Source: Candidatus Babelota bacterium (lineage in GTDB: Bacteria; Babelota; Babeliae; Babelales; Vermiphilaceae). Taken from it: a stretch of DNA of 64,000 bases. Below, piece by piece: positions 40,012-48,526 of the stretch. The notes under the pieces are model-generated. The model ran no database searches. It worked only from the letters and a program-made list of their open reading frames with translations, and was not told where the DNA came from. Position 1 is the stretch's first letter. Each line of letters begins with the position of its first letter. The DNA lies in the NCBI GenBank assembly GCA_049325595.1, contig JBMOLF010000009.1:1-64000 (forward strand), in the 5' to 3' direction. The position numbers were made by a program, and so were the translations under genes.

Positions 40012-40039
40012 TTGACAAATGAATAAATCGAAGTACGCT
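40012..40039 (+). promoter_or_regulatory. Candidate sigma70 promoter for the outer-membrane protein gene
   Basis: TTGACA-16 bp-TACGCT. Confidence 0.4.
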
Positions 40040-40168
40040 ACTAATATAAACAATTAAGAGCGTATTCGCGCTTGTAATGTACATTATTACAATATCACTA
40101 GTGGAAATGAAGCTCCCATATGAGGGGGCTATTACTTTTTTTAGGGTTTACTGCAGGAGCCTTGGATT

Positions 40169-42115
40169 ATGAACAAATCTCAGAGTATCAGATATATACT
40201 CGCGCTTATTTTTGGTGCAACCACCTTATTGTTTTCTTATTCTATACATGCTAAATGCGGATTTAAAACTGATACCGATTTTGAATTTGCGTTGTGGGGT
40301 TTGTATAAGCCTGAAACATTCTATGGCAAGAACATAAGTTTATTAAATAATAAAAATCATCAAGATCGAATCTTTTTTTCGCGCCATGTTTTTGATGTTA
40401 ATATAAATATTTTATATGGCCAAGAATGCTATGGTATTCCAGTTGCTGAATTTATGAGCACCTTCAGAAATAAAGCAATATGGGGTCTTCCTACGAGTAT
40501 TTCTCCAAGTACTGAGGCTAACTTTAAAATTCTTGATGTTGCAACTGGTGCACATAAGCACTTTTTGCCGCGTTTATTTATGTGGATCCGTGAGTTGTGG
40601 TTGGATTTTTCAATCAATGAAGCTTTGGGGCTTGGGTTCTCTAATGAGCATCGTTTTAAAATAGGTGCTTTCCCTTTTGAGCTTGGACGTGGTATCTCGC
40701 TTGGTTCTGCTTTTGGTGTAGGTCCAGACTTGCTAGGTTTTTATAGTGATAGTATTATTGACCAGTATGCTTTTGGTGCTAAATTTGGTGGCGATCTTGT
40801 TGAAGGCAAATTGAGTTATGATGTGTATGGCGCAATGCTTAACAATAATAGCGCAACATTAAGTGATACTAATGCTAAAGTGTTGGGTCAGTTGGTTAAT
40901 TTCAAAGACAACCCTATTCGCGGTTTTGGCAAGATTAACTATTTAGTTGCTGGACGTTTAAACTGGACTGTCTTTAAAAATGATACTGTTGGCAAGTTAA
41001 TGGTTGAGCCATATTGCCTTTACAACAATGATCCGGAGCAAAAAATTGAACATGCAGCAAGTGCTTCAAGTCATTTAGGCACCTTTGGTTTAGCAGCAGA
41101 ATTTATTGCCCCACGTTTTGAATGCGGTTTTGATACGGCATTCAACGTTGGTGCGCAATCAGTAAAAGCGCTTGACCGCAACCGTCCTGAGCTTGAAAAT
41201 CGCAATGGTACCGTTGTTGTAGTGAATAGTCATGTTGTTGATCAAAATGGCGACAAAATTCCATTTGTTCCTGGTAGCGATTCGCAAAAATTAATTAGTC
41301 GTTGTGAGCAAGGCTCAGAATTTAATTGCAAACAAGTTGGGCCTGTTTTACAAAGTGATGTGGGATATCTTACTGCTCCAGTTACCATGTTTAATAAGCA
41401 ACATAGATTTAGAGATGCATACAAAAATGCGTATCAAGGATTGATGTTTGTTGGTGATGCTGGTTGGTGGGTATACAAAAAAGACCTTATGCTTGCTCTA
41501 ACGGCAGGATATGCAAGCGGTGATGAAGATCCTAATACTATCCCAACCGATGGTAATTTTGGTGGATTTGTTGGATTGCAAGAATTGTATTCAGGTAAGC
41601 GTGTGCGTAGCGCGTTCTTTTTTGGATCAGGCAAATTGCAACGGCCAATAGCTGGTGTTACTGATGGTATCGTAAATCCAACAGCTTTCCCGCAAACTAT
41701 CGTTGGATTTACTAATATAGCCTTGCTTGGTGGTGGTGCTCTTTACCGACCGTGCGCTTCTCAACGAAGAGTAAGTATAAATCCTAACATTTTAGTATAT
41801 TGGCAACCAGCTACGGGTAAGTGTTTTGATATTGTTACCAAAAAAGAAACAGAGTTTCATGCGCGTTCATTTTTAGGATTTGAAACTAATATTTTTGCCC
41901 ATGTATATTTGCTTGAAAATTTAAAGCTTTTTGGTGTTGCTTCAGTGTTCTTCCCGGGAGATCATTTTAAAGATATCCGCGGTAAACCATTAAATTCTGA
42001 TCAGCAAAAATTGCTTGAACGTCTTGATACCACCTGTATTCAAAAATGTGATATTCCTAACATCGGCACTGACCGAGCAGTTACATTGAACGTTGGGCTC
42101 GAGTTTACCTTCTAA
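40169..42115 (+). CDS. Putative outer-membrane beta-barrel protein
   Basis: Signal ending IHA; many amphipathic Gly/aromatic strands; terminal VGLEFTF (BamA-type C-terminal Phe); AGGAG RBS. Confidence 0.72.
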   Translation: MNKSQSIRYILALIFGATTLLFSYSIHAKCGFKTDTDFEFALWGLYKPETFYGKNISLLNNKNHQDRIFFSRHVFDVNINILYGQECYGIPVAEFMSTFRNKAIWGLPTSISPSTEANFKILDVATGAHKHFLPRLFMWIRELWLDFSINEALGLGFSNEHRFKIGAFPFELGRGISLGSAFGVGPDLLGFYSDSIIDQYAFGAKFGGDLVEGKLSYDVYGAMLNNNSATLSDTNAKVLGQLVNFKDNPIRGFGKINYLVAGRLNWTVFKNDTVGKLMVEPYCLYNNDPEQKIEHAASASSHLGTFGLAAEFIAPRFECGFDTAFNVGAQSVKALDRNRPELENRNGTVVVVNSHVVDQNGDKIPFVPGSDSQKLISRCEQGSEFNCKQVGPVLQSDVGYLTAPVTMFNKQHRFRDAYKNAYQGLMFVGDAGWWVYKKDLMLALTAGYASGDEDPNTIPTDGNFGGFVGLQELYSGKRVRSAFFFGSGKLQRPIAGVTDGIVNPTAFPQTIVGFTNIALLGGGALYRPCASQRRVSINPNILVYWQPATGKCFDIVTKKETEFHARSFLGFETNIFAHVYLLENLKLFGVASVFFPGDHFKDIRGKPLNSDQQKLLERLDTTCIQKCDIPNIGTDRAVTLNVGLEFTF

Positions 42116-42124
42116 ATGAAATTG

Positions 42125-42158
42125 AAAAAATAGAGGGGCCTATTAAGGCCCCTTTTTT
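42125..42158 (+). terminator. Intrinsic terminator
   Basis: AGGGGCCT-ATTA-AGGCCCCT followed by T-tract. Confidence 0.85.
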
Positions 42159-42238
42159 GATGAAGATTAATTATCAGTATTAATAAAAGTTGATAAAATA
42201 TAAAAAAAGTTACGTTCCCATTTTTGCAAAGAGGTTCT

Positions 42239-44017
42239 ATGCAATTCAAGCGAACAATTTCGTGTGGTCTGGTTGAAAAACAACATATTAATAAAACTAT
42301 AGATTTATGCGGATGGGTAAATCGACGCCGCGATCATGGCGGGCTAATCTTCATAGACTTGCGTGATCGGTCGGGGATCATGCAATTAGTTTTTAATGCT
42401 GATTTTTCAAAAACTGCTCATGAAGAAGCACACAAATTAAGAAGTGAATTTGTAATTTGGGTAACTGGTACTGTTGTGGAACGTTCTGCAGAAACCGTTA
42501 ATGCTGATATTGCAACTGGACGCTATGAGCTGCAAGTAAATAATTTAGTTATTTTAAATAAAGCAAAAACATTGCCATTTACTCTTGAAGAAGCGGCAAG
42601 TGTTGATGAAGAGTTGCGACTCAAATATCGCTACTTAGATTTGCGCCGTCCAGAAATGTTGCATCGCATGCAATTACGCAATGCCGTATTTTTTGCAATG
42701 CGAGAGTTTTTACAAAAAGAAGGGTTTTATGAGGTTGAGACGCCAATCTTGACTAAAAATACTGGGGAAGGTGCTCGAGAGTTTTTGGTTCCATCGCGCA
42801 TTCATCAAGGTTCATTCTATGCATTGCCACAATCCCCACAGCTCTACAAGCAATTATTAATGGCTGGTGGCATAGAACGATATTTTCAAATTGCTCGTTG
42901 TTTTCGTGATGAAGACTTACGTGCTGATAGACAGCCAGAGTTTACTCAGCTTGATTTAGAAATGTCATTTATAAATGAGAAAGATATTCAAACTACTATC
43001 GAGCAATTACTTAATCACGTATGGAAAACAGCTTTTGGTAAAGAACTAGCATTACCTTTTGCCCGTATGACATGGGATGATGCATTGGCATATTATGGTT
43101 CTGATAAGCCAGACTTACGTTTTGGGCTAAAAATACATGACTGCACTTCTCTGTTTGCAAATACCGAACTTAAATTTTTAAAATTAGTACTCTCATCTGG
43201 TGGAAAAATAGGTGCATTGCATATTGAAAAGCACGCATTTTCTCGTTCTGAGCTTGAAGGATATGTAAACAAAGCGCAACAAATGGGTGCGCAAGGTTTA
43301 GTATGGATCCGTGTAAAAGATGGTGTGGTTGAGTCGCCAATTGCCAAATTTTTACCTGAAGATTTTATAGCAAAAGCGCAACAAATATTCCCAACATTTG
43401 AAAACGATAGCACACTTTTTGTAGTTGCCGGTGAATATCAAGATGCGTGGACTATATTAGGACGTTTGCGTTTACAGCTTGGAAATGATCTGAATTTAAT
43501 ACCGCACGATGAATTTAATTTTTCATGGGTAACTGATTTCCCACTTTTTGCGTATGATAAAGAAACTAAAAAATGGCAATCAGTAAACCACCCTTTCACC
43601 AGCCCACAAACAGGCTGGGAAACCCAAGATAATAGCCAAATGAAAGCACGCGCTTATGACGTGATTTTAAATGGCATTGAGCTTGGCGGTGGTTCTATCC
43701 GAATCTATGACGCGGACATTCAAGATAAAGTTTTCCAAATTTTAGGCTTAAACAAACAAGAGATGCAAGATCAATTTGGCTTCTTGCTAGAAGCGCAAGA
43801 GTTAGGATTTCCACCACATGGAGGTATTGCTTTAGGGCTTGATCGGTTAGTAATGCTTATGAGTAATTCTTCGTCTATTCGTGAAGTAATCGCATTCCCT
43901 AAAACAGCGCGTGGCCATGATCCAATGATGGATGCCCCAACAGTGGTAAATCCAGATAAATTGAAGGATTATGGATTGCGTTTAAGTGAGAAGCTTCTTA
44001 AAAAAGAAACTAAATAA
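42239..44017 (+). CDS. aspS: Aspartate--tRNA ligase
   Basis: RRRDHGGLIFIDLRD, RLKYRYLDLRR, YALPQSPQ, RQPEFTQLD, PPHGGIALGLDR; ATG 42239 with GAGG RBS. Confidence 0.98.
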   Translation: MQFKRTISCGLVEKQHINKTIDLCGWVNRRRDHGGLIFIDLRDRSGIMQLVFNADFSKTAHEEAHKLRSEFVIWVTGTVVERSAETVNADIATGRYELQVNNLVILNKAKTLPFTLEEAASVDEELRLKYRYLDLRRPEMLHRMQLRNAVFFAMREFLQKEGFYEVETPILTKNTGEGAREFLVPSRIHQGSFYALPQSPQLYKQLLMAGGIERYFQIARCFRDEDLRADRQPEFTQLDLEMSFINEKDIQTTIEQLLNHVWKTAFGKELALPFARMTWDDALAYYGSDKPDLRFGLKIHDCTSLFANTELKFLKLVLSSGGKIGALHIEKHAFSRSELEGYVNKAQQMGAQGLVWIRVKDGVVESPIAKFLPEDFIAKAQQIFPTFENDSTLFVVAGEYQDAWTILGRLRLQLGNDLNLIPHDEFNFSWVTDFPLFAYDKETKKWQSVNHPFTSPQTGWETQDNSQMKARAYDVILNGIELGGGSIRIYDADIQDKVFQILGLNKQEMQDQFGFLLEAQELGFPPHGGIALGLDRLVMLMSNSSSIREVIAFPKTARGHDPMMDAPTVVNPDKLKDYGLRLSEKLLKKETK

Positions 44018-44031
44018 TTGATAGTGTTATC

Positions 44032-44064
44032 AGGCCGCTAAATAAAAAGCGGCCTTAATTATTT
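44032..44064 (+). terminator. Hairpin terminator after aspS
   Basis: AGGCCGCT-8 nt-AGCGGCCT followed by AT-rich tail. Confidence 0.65.
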
Positions 44065-44065
44065 A

Positions 44066-44116
44066 GTAAACATTTATTACAACCTTTTTTATGTATTAGT
44101 GGTAATAAATGTTTAC
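44066..44116. repeat. Perfect 15-bp inverted repeat with 21-bp spacer upstream of parA
   Basis: GTAAACATTTATTAC (44066-44080) and GTAATAAATGTTTAC (44102-44116). Confidence 0.85.
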
Positions 44117-44432
44117 ATACGCAATATTATTTACTCAGTAATTTAATACGCTGTTTTATTGTTATATTTTTTCTGATTACCTAGATTGAGTTGATTTACC
44201 AATGTGTTGATGTCTTATTAAAAATATTTGTATACATTGCTTATTGCTTTTACTTAATAGCCTTTTGTTATCATTCTTATCTTTATTTCACAATTTAATG
44301 AGTAAGTTTTGTTGTTCTTTAAAAATAATTTACTGATTAATTGTCAATTAAAACTATTGCAATGTAATTACGGTTGCGTTTATGGTATCGGTACTATCTG
44401 TTTACCATGTTTTCACATAAGGAGAGAGTTAC

Positions 44433-45185
44433 ATGAAAACCAAAGTAATTGCATTTTTAAATCAAAAAGGAGGAGTTGGGAAAACAACTTCAACAATTAA
44501 TATTGGCGCTGGTCTTGCCAAGTTAGGAAAAAGAGTTTTATTAATTGATTTTGATCCGCAAGCAAGTTTGTCTTGCTCTCTTGGTATAGAAACACCGGTT
44601 AACTCTATTTATGAACTTTTGAAAAATGAAGTGTTGTTTGAAGAGGTCTTAGTAAAAAAAGATAAGTTGTCGGTTTTGCCTTCATCAATCAATTTATCGG
44701 CACTTGAATATGAATTTGGTGCAACCAACAATAAAGAATATTTGCTTAAATCAATAATAAAGTCTATTAAGGGATATGATTTTATATTTATCGATTGTCC
44801 ACCAAGTTTAGGACTGCTTACCATTAACGCATTAACTGCGGCTCAAGAAGTTTATATTCCCGTGCAGACTGAGTTTTTAGCTTTGCAAGGGCTCGGACAA
44901 TTAATGGAAACATTGTCATTGATTACTTCTCATACAAACCCTGAGCTTGCAGTGGGTGGGATAATCGGTACTCGTTTTAATCGACGTAAAATAAATAAAG
45001 AAGTAGTTTCTTTTCTAAAGACTAACTTTAAAGGGAAAGCATTTAAGACCGTTATTCGCGAAAATGTTGCATTAACCGAAGCACCAAGTTTTGGCAAAGA
45101 TATATTTAGTCATAATCCAGAATCTAATGGCGCCAAAGATTATTCAGCTTTATGTAAAGAAATTGTTGCACGGCTGAGCAAATAA
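44433..45185 (+). CDS. parA: ParA/Soj family ATPase
   Basis: NQKGGVGKTT deviant Walker A, IDFDPQAS, IDCPPSLGLLTINAL, EAPSFG; AAGGAG RBS. Confidence 0.95.
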   Translation: MKTKVIAFLNQKGGVGKTTSTINIGAGLAKLGKRVLLIDFDPQASLSCSLGIETPVNSIYELLKNEVLFEEVLVKKDKLSVLPSSINLSALEYEFGATNNKEYLLKSIIKSIKGYDFIFIDCPPSLGLLTINALTAAQEVYIPVQTEFLALQGLGQLMETLSLITSHTNPELAVGGIIGTRFNRRKINKEVVSFLKTNFKGKAFKTVIRENVALTEAPSFGKDIFSHNPESNGAKDYSALCKEIVARLSK

Positions 45186-45252
45186 TCACATAAAACATAG
45201 TTTATTTAGTGATAGTGTTTTATTTATAAAATAATGTTTACAAGGAAAACAT

Positions 45253-45606
45253 ATGAAAAATGGATTAGGTCGTATCCCGAAAAGTTTAACAATGCTCAAC
45301 CAAAAAAAAGATAAACAAGAAAAAAATAATGCACAGTATCAAGAGAAAATTGAGCAAGAGCCTAAAATAGTTCCATTAGCTCAGATATATCAAGAAAAAG
45401 CAAAAAAAACTACGCAAAAAGGGCTTCCTGCTGGTTGGACAAGAGCGACATTTATCATAGAAGAAAAAATGAATGATAAAATTAGAGCACTAGCTTATTG
45501 GGAACGGCTGACTGTTAAAGAAATTGTATATGAAGCGTTAAGAGATTATCTCAAAGGCAAACAAATTAAACCTATCCCCGAAAAAAGAATAATTATTAAG
45601 CAGTAA
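45253..45606 (+). CDS. Small ribbon-helix-helix DNA-binding protein (putative type Ib ParB-like adaptor)
   Basis: Charged flexible N-terminus then TRATFII (ribbon), EKMNDKIRALAYW (helix), TVKEIVYEALRDYL (helix); directly downstream of parA. Confidence 0.72.
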   Translation: MKNGLGRIPKSLTMLNQKKDKQEKNNAQYQEKIEQEPKIVPLAQIYQEKAKKTTQKGLPAGWTRATFIIEEKMNDKIRALAYWERLTVKEIVYEALRDYLKGKQIKPIPEKRIIIKQ

Positions 45607-45761
45607 TAAACTAATTATTGGGGAGATTGTTCAAAAAAAGATTCAATTTATTTCAATAAAAGAATTTATGCCTCAATTTGTTTAATTAATAGTATTTGCG
45701 ATCTGACATTTGATATTCTAATTGTAAATATAGTTGTTTTTAAACTATTGAGGTTTTTCTT

Positions 45762-46151
45762 ATGCAGGTAAAATATACTTTTTTATTTATTATTGCTTTT
45801 GTTCCACTACTTTCTCACGCGTATGTTTTCAGAGTTAGTAATGAAACCAATCATCGTATTAATGTAACTCTTAATGAAATTGGGCGATGGCGTAACAGAA
45901 CTCATCAAGTAGATCCGCGTAGTACTATTCAAATAAACACCGGCATTTTTTGTGTAAATAGAATCGATGCGCTGGTTCCATCTTTTGATTTTATAAATCG
46001 TTTGCAATATCAACTGGAACTTCGTGGAAATGCCTGCAGAAATAGAAATTTTGTAATAAGAAGCCGCACGGTTATGCGCAAAAGCATTGTACATCATATT
46101 GTTCCACAACCGCCTCATCCCGCTGAAGAAATATACATAGAAGAGGTGTAA
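45762..46151 (+). CDS. Small secreted beta-rich protein, 'YxxRVxNxT' family
   Basis: Signal ending SHA; YVFRVSNET, NTGIFCVNRI, GNACR. Confidence 0.82.
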   Translation: MQVKYTFLFIIAFVPLLSHAYVFRVSNETNHRINVTLNEIGRWRNRTHQVDPRSTIQINTGIFCVNRIDALVPSFDFINRLQYQLELRGNACRNRNFVIRSRTVMRKSIVHHIVPQPPHPAEEIYIEEV

Positions 46152-46230
46152 GATTAAAAAATTATTTAATATTGTTTATTTGTAAATATTGTCGCTGTTA
46201 TACTAAAAGTAAAAAGGGGAGAGAGTACAT

Positions 46231-46602
46231 ATGAAATATAAATTATTAGCGCTATTTCTAATTACGGGCGTTTATAACATAAATGCTTATATAATGAGAG
46301 TTCACAATACGACCGATGGTATTGTTTCGGTTGCCATACGAACAACAGCTGGGCCAACTTACACACAAGATATTGATGCGCATGGATTTTGGCAAGTTGA
46401 TACCATTGGCTGGTGTCCAAGAGAAATTTCGGTTTCAGGAGTAACTGGCCCTAACGTTGGCTTATCTAATACCAACTCTAATATTACCGGTAATCGTTGC
46501 CGGAGCAGAACTATTCACATTGTTCCGCGTTTACCGTTAGCCCGAAATTTACAAACTAATATTGTGCAATATCAAGGACTTGATATTCTTCTTTCTAATT
46601 AA
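46231..46602 (+). CDS. Small secreted beta-rich protein, 'YxxRVxNxT' family
   Basis: Signal ending INA; YIMRVHNTT, DTIGWCPREI, GNRCR. Confidence 0.82.
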   Translation: MKYKLLALFLITGVYNINAYIMRVHNTTDGIVSVAIRTTAGPTYTQDIDAHGFWQVDTIGWCPREISVSGVTGPNVGLSNTNSNITGNRCRSRTIHIVPRLPLARNLQTNIVQYQGLDILLSN

Positions 46603-46613
46603 AGGATATAGTC

Positions 46614-47000
46614 ATGAAAATAAAATTATTGATCATCGCATTATGTGTTACCTCAATAGCACATGCATACAGATACCGTGTAAATAATAATACTCAAGGA
46701 CAAGTTTACGTTGAATTAAATGCTATTGGTAGGTGGTCAAACCCTCACAATGTTATCGAGCCGGGTCAAAGTTGGGAAATTAATACACGCGGCTACTGTG
46801 TAAACAGAGTTACTGCTATTGGCCGTAGTGGCGTGGTCGAAGGGTTACATACAACTCATGAAGTGCGTGGTATAGCATGCCAAGGTCGTACATTTAATAT
46901 ACGTGCATTAGGTGAAATACGCGATGTACTAGAACGAGTTGATGAAAGCGGCAGACCATTATATGTGCCACAAGCATTGAGAATCGAAGATTCTAATTAA
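46614..47000 (+). CDS. Small secreted beta-rich protein, 'YxxRVxNxT' family
   Basis: Signal ending AHA; YRYRVNNNT, NTRGYCVNRV, GIACQ. Confidence 0.82.
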   Translation: MKIKLLIIALCVTSIAHAYRYRVNNNTQGQVYVELNAIGRWSNPHNVIEPGQSWEINTRGYCVNRVTAIGRSGVVEGLHTTHEVRGIACQGRTFNIRALGEIRDVLERVDESGRPLYVPQALRIEDSN

Positions 47001-47031
47001 AAAAATCTTCAATTTTTTAGATTTTTGCAAA

Positions 47032-47063
47032 GGGAGAAAGATATTATTCTTTCTCCCCTTTTT
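47032..47063 (+). terminator. Intrinsic terminator
   Basis: GGGAGAAAGA-TATTAT-TCTTTCTCCC then CTTTTT. Confidence 0.8.
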
Positions 47064-47272
47064 AATCTCCAGGTAAAGGAGTAAAAATAAAATTTTCTTT
47101 TTCTTTGCTGCAAGAAATAGCAGCAGCTATCGCTTATCATGATTCAAAGAATTTACTGGAGCAAATGCGAGCCAAAAAAATCTGCAAAATTTTTAAACCA
47201 TGTTCCATCTTCCCTAAACTGTGTATAGTAGCAAGTAAGATCCATACAATTATGTTAATAGGGGAGTTGTTA

Positions 47273-48526
47273 ATGAAAATTACTAAAATAATCGGCCGTG
47301 AAATTTATGACTCCCGTGGTATGCCAACGCTTGAATGTGAGTTGTTTTTAGAAGAAGGATATTCAGTTACCTCATCGGTTCCATCAGGAACCTCTAAAGG
47401 ACAATTTGAAGCAAAAGAACTGCGTGATGCAAAGCGTCTTGGTGGTCATGGTGTTGCAGTAGCTATTGAAAACTTAGAAAATATCATTGCACCTGCGCTA
47501 ATTGGACAAGAGCCAGAAGCTATCACCATGGATCTGCACATGATTGAGCTTGATGGCACTATCGATAAATCAAAACTTGGTGCCAATACTATTTTAGCGG
47601 CAAGCATGTGCATTTTTCGGGCACAGTCTCTAATTGCTGGCGTGGAGCCATATGAATTAGCAGGCCATTTATGTGACTTTAATTCAGTAAGTTTACCATT
47701 TCCTATGTTTAATGTATTAAATGGCGGCGTGCATGCGGATAATGGTTTAATGATACAAGAAATAATGGTTATCCCCGTTGGTGCGCAAAGTTTTAGAGAT
47801 TCGATGGAAGGCGGCTTTGTTGTAAACCAAGAATTAAAACAAGTGCTTAAAGAAAAAAAACGTTCAACCTTAGTTGGTGATGAAGGTGGCTTTGCGCCAG
47901 TTTGTACCGATGAAGAAGAAGCGCTTGATATTATGATGCTTGCCATTGAACGTGCACAGCAAAAAACAGGCTTACGCTATGTATTAGCACTTGATGTTGC
48001 AGCAAGCCAATTTTATGATTATGAAAAACAAACCTATCGCTGGCATGAGCAAACAAAAACAACGCAAGAACTAGTCGATTGGTATGAAAAACTGGCACAT
48101 GCATATCCGCTTTATTCGATTGAAGACGGCCTTGCAGATACCGATTTTGATGGATGGAAAGAGCTTACCAGCCGTCTAGGTGAAAAAATTCTAATTATTG
48201 GTGATGATTTATTTGCTACTAATCAACATCGCATTGTACAAGGTATTGAGCAAGGTCTTGCGACCGGTGTAATCATTAAACCAAATCAAGTTGGTACAGT
48301 TACTGAGACATTGCAAGCAATTAAATTATGCAAAGCGTATGATCTACAAGCTATTGTATCTCATCGATCCGGTGAAACGAATGACACGTTTATCGTTGAT
48401 TTAGTAGTAGGGTGTAGTGTTCCCTATATTAAAGCAGGTGGTTTTTCACGAGGAGAGCGCATGGCTAAATACAATCAGCTCATGCGCATCGAAGACTTTT
48501 TGATGTTCTCGCTGCTAGGTTCGTGA
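47273..48526 (+). CDS. eno: Enolase
   Basis: REIYDSRG, VPSG, NGGVHA, GDEGG, IEDG, GDDLF, IKPNQ, SHRSGET, ERMAKYNQL; ATG 47273 with GGGGAG RBS. Confidence 0.96.
   Translation: MKITKIIGREIYDSRGMPTLECELFLEEGYSVTSSVPSGTSKGQFEAKELRDAKRLGGHGVAVAIENLENIIAPALIGQEPEAITMDLHMIELDGTIDKSKLGANTILAASMCIFRAQSLIAGVEPYELAGHLCDFNSVSLPFPMFNVLNGGVHADNGLMIQEIMVIPVGAQSFRDSMEGGFVVNQELKQVLKEKKRSTLVGDEGGFAPVCTDEEEALDIMMLAIERAQQKTGLRYVLALDVAASQFYDYEKQTYRWHEQTKTTQELVDWYEKLAHAYPLYSIEDGLADTDFDGWKELTSRLGEKILIIGDDLFATNQHRIVQGIEQGLATGVIIKPNQVGTVTETLQAIKLCKAYDLQAIVSHRSGETNDTFIVDLVVGCSVPYIKAGGFSRGERMAKYNQLMRIEDFLMFSLLGS

Noticed and set aside
44433..47000. Integrated plasmid or prophage around parA
   Set aside because: No rep, integrase, relaxase or phage genes and no att-like repeats seen
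47105..47272. N-terminal extension of enolase
   Set aside because: ORF-caller extension from TTG; conserved start with RBS is at 47273
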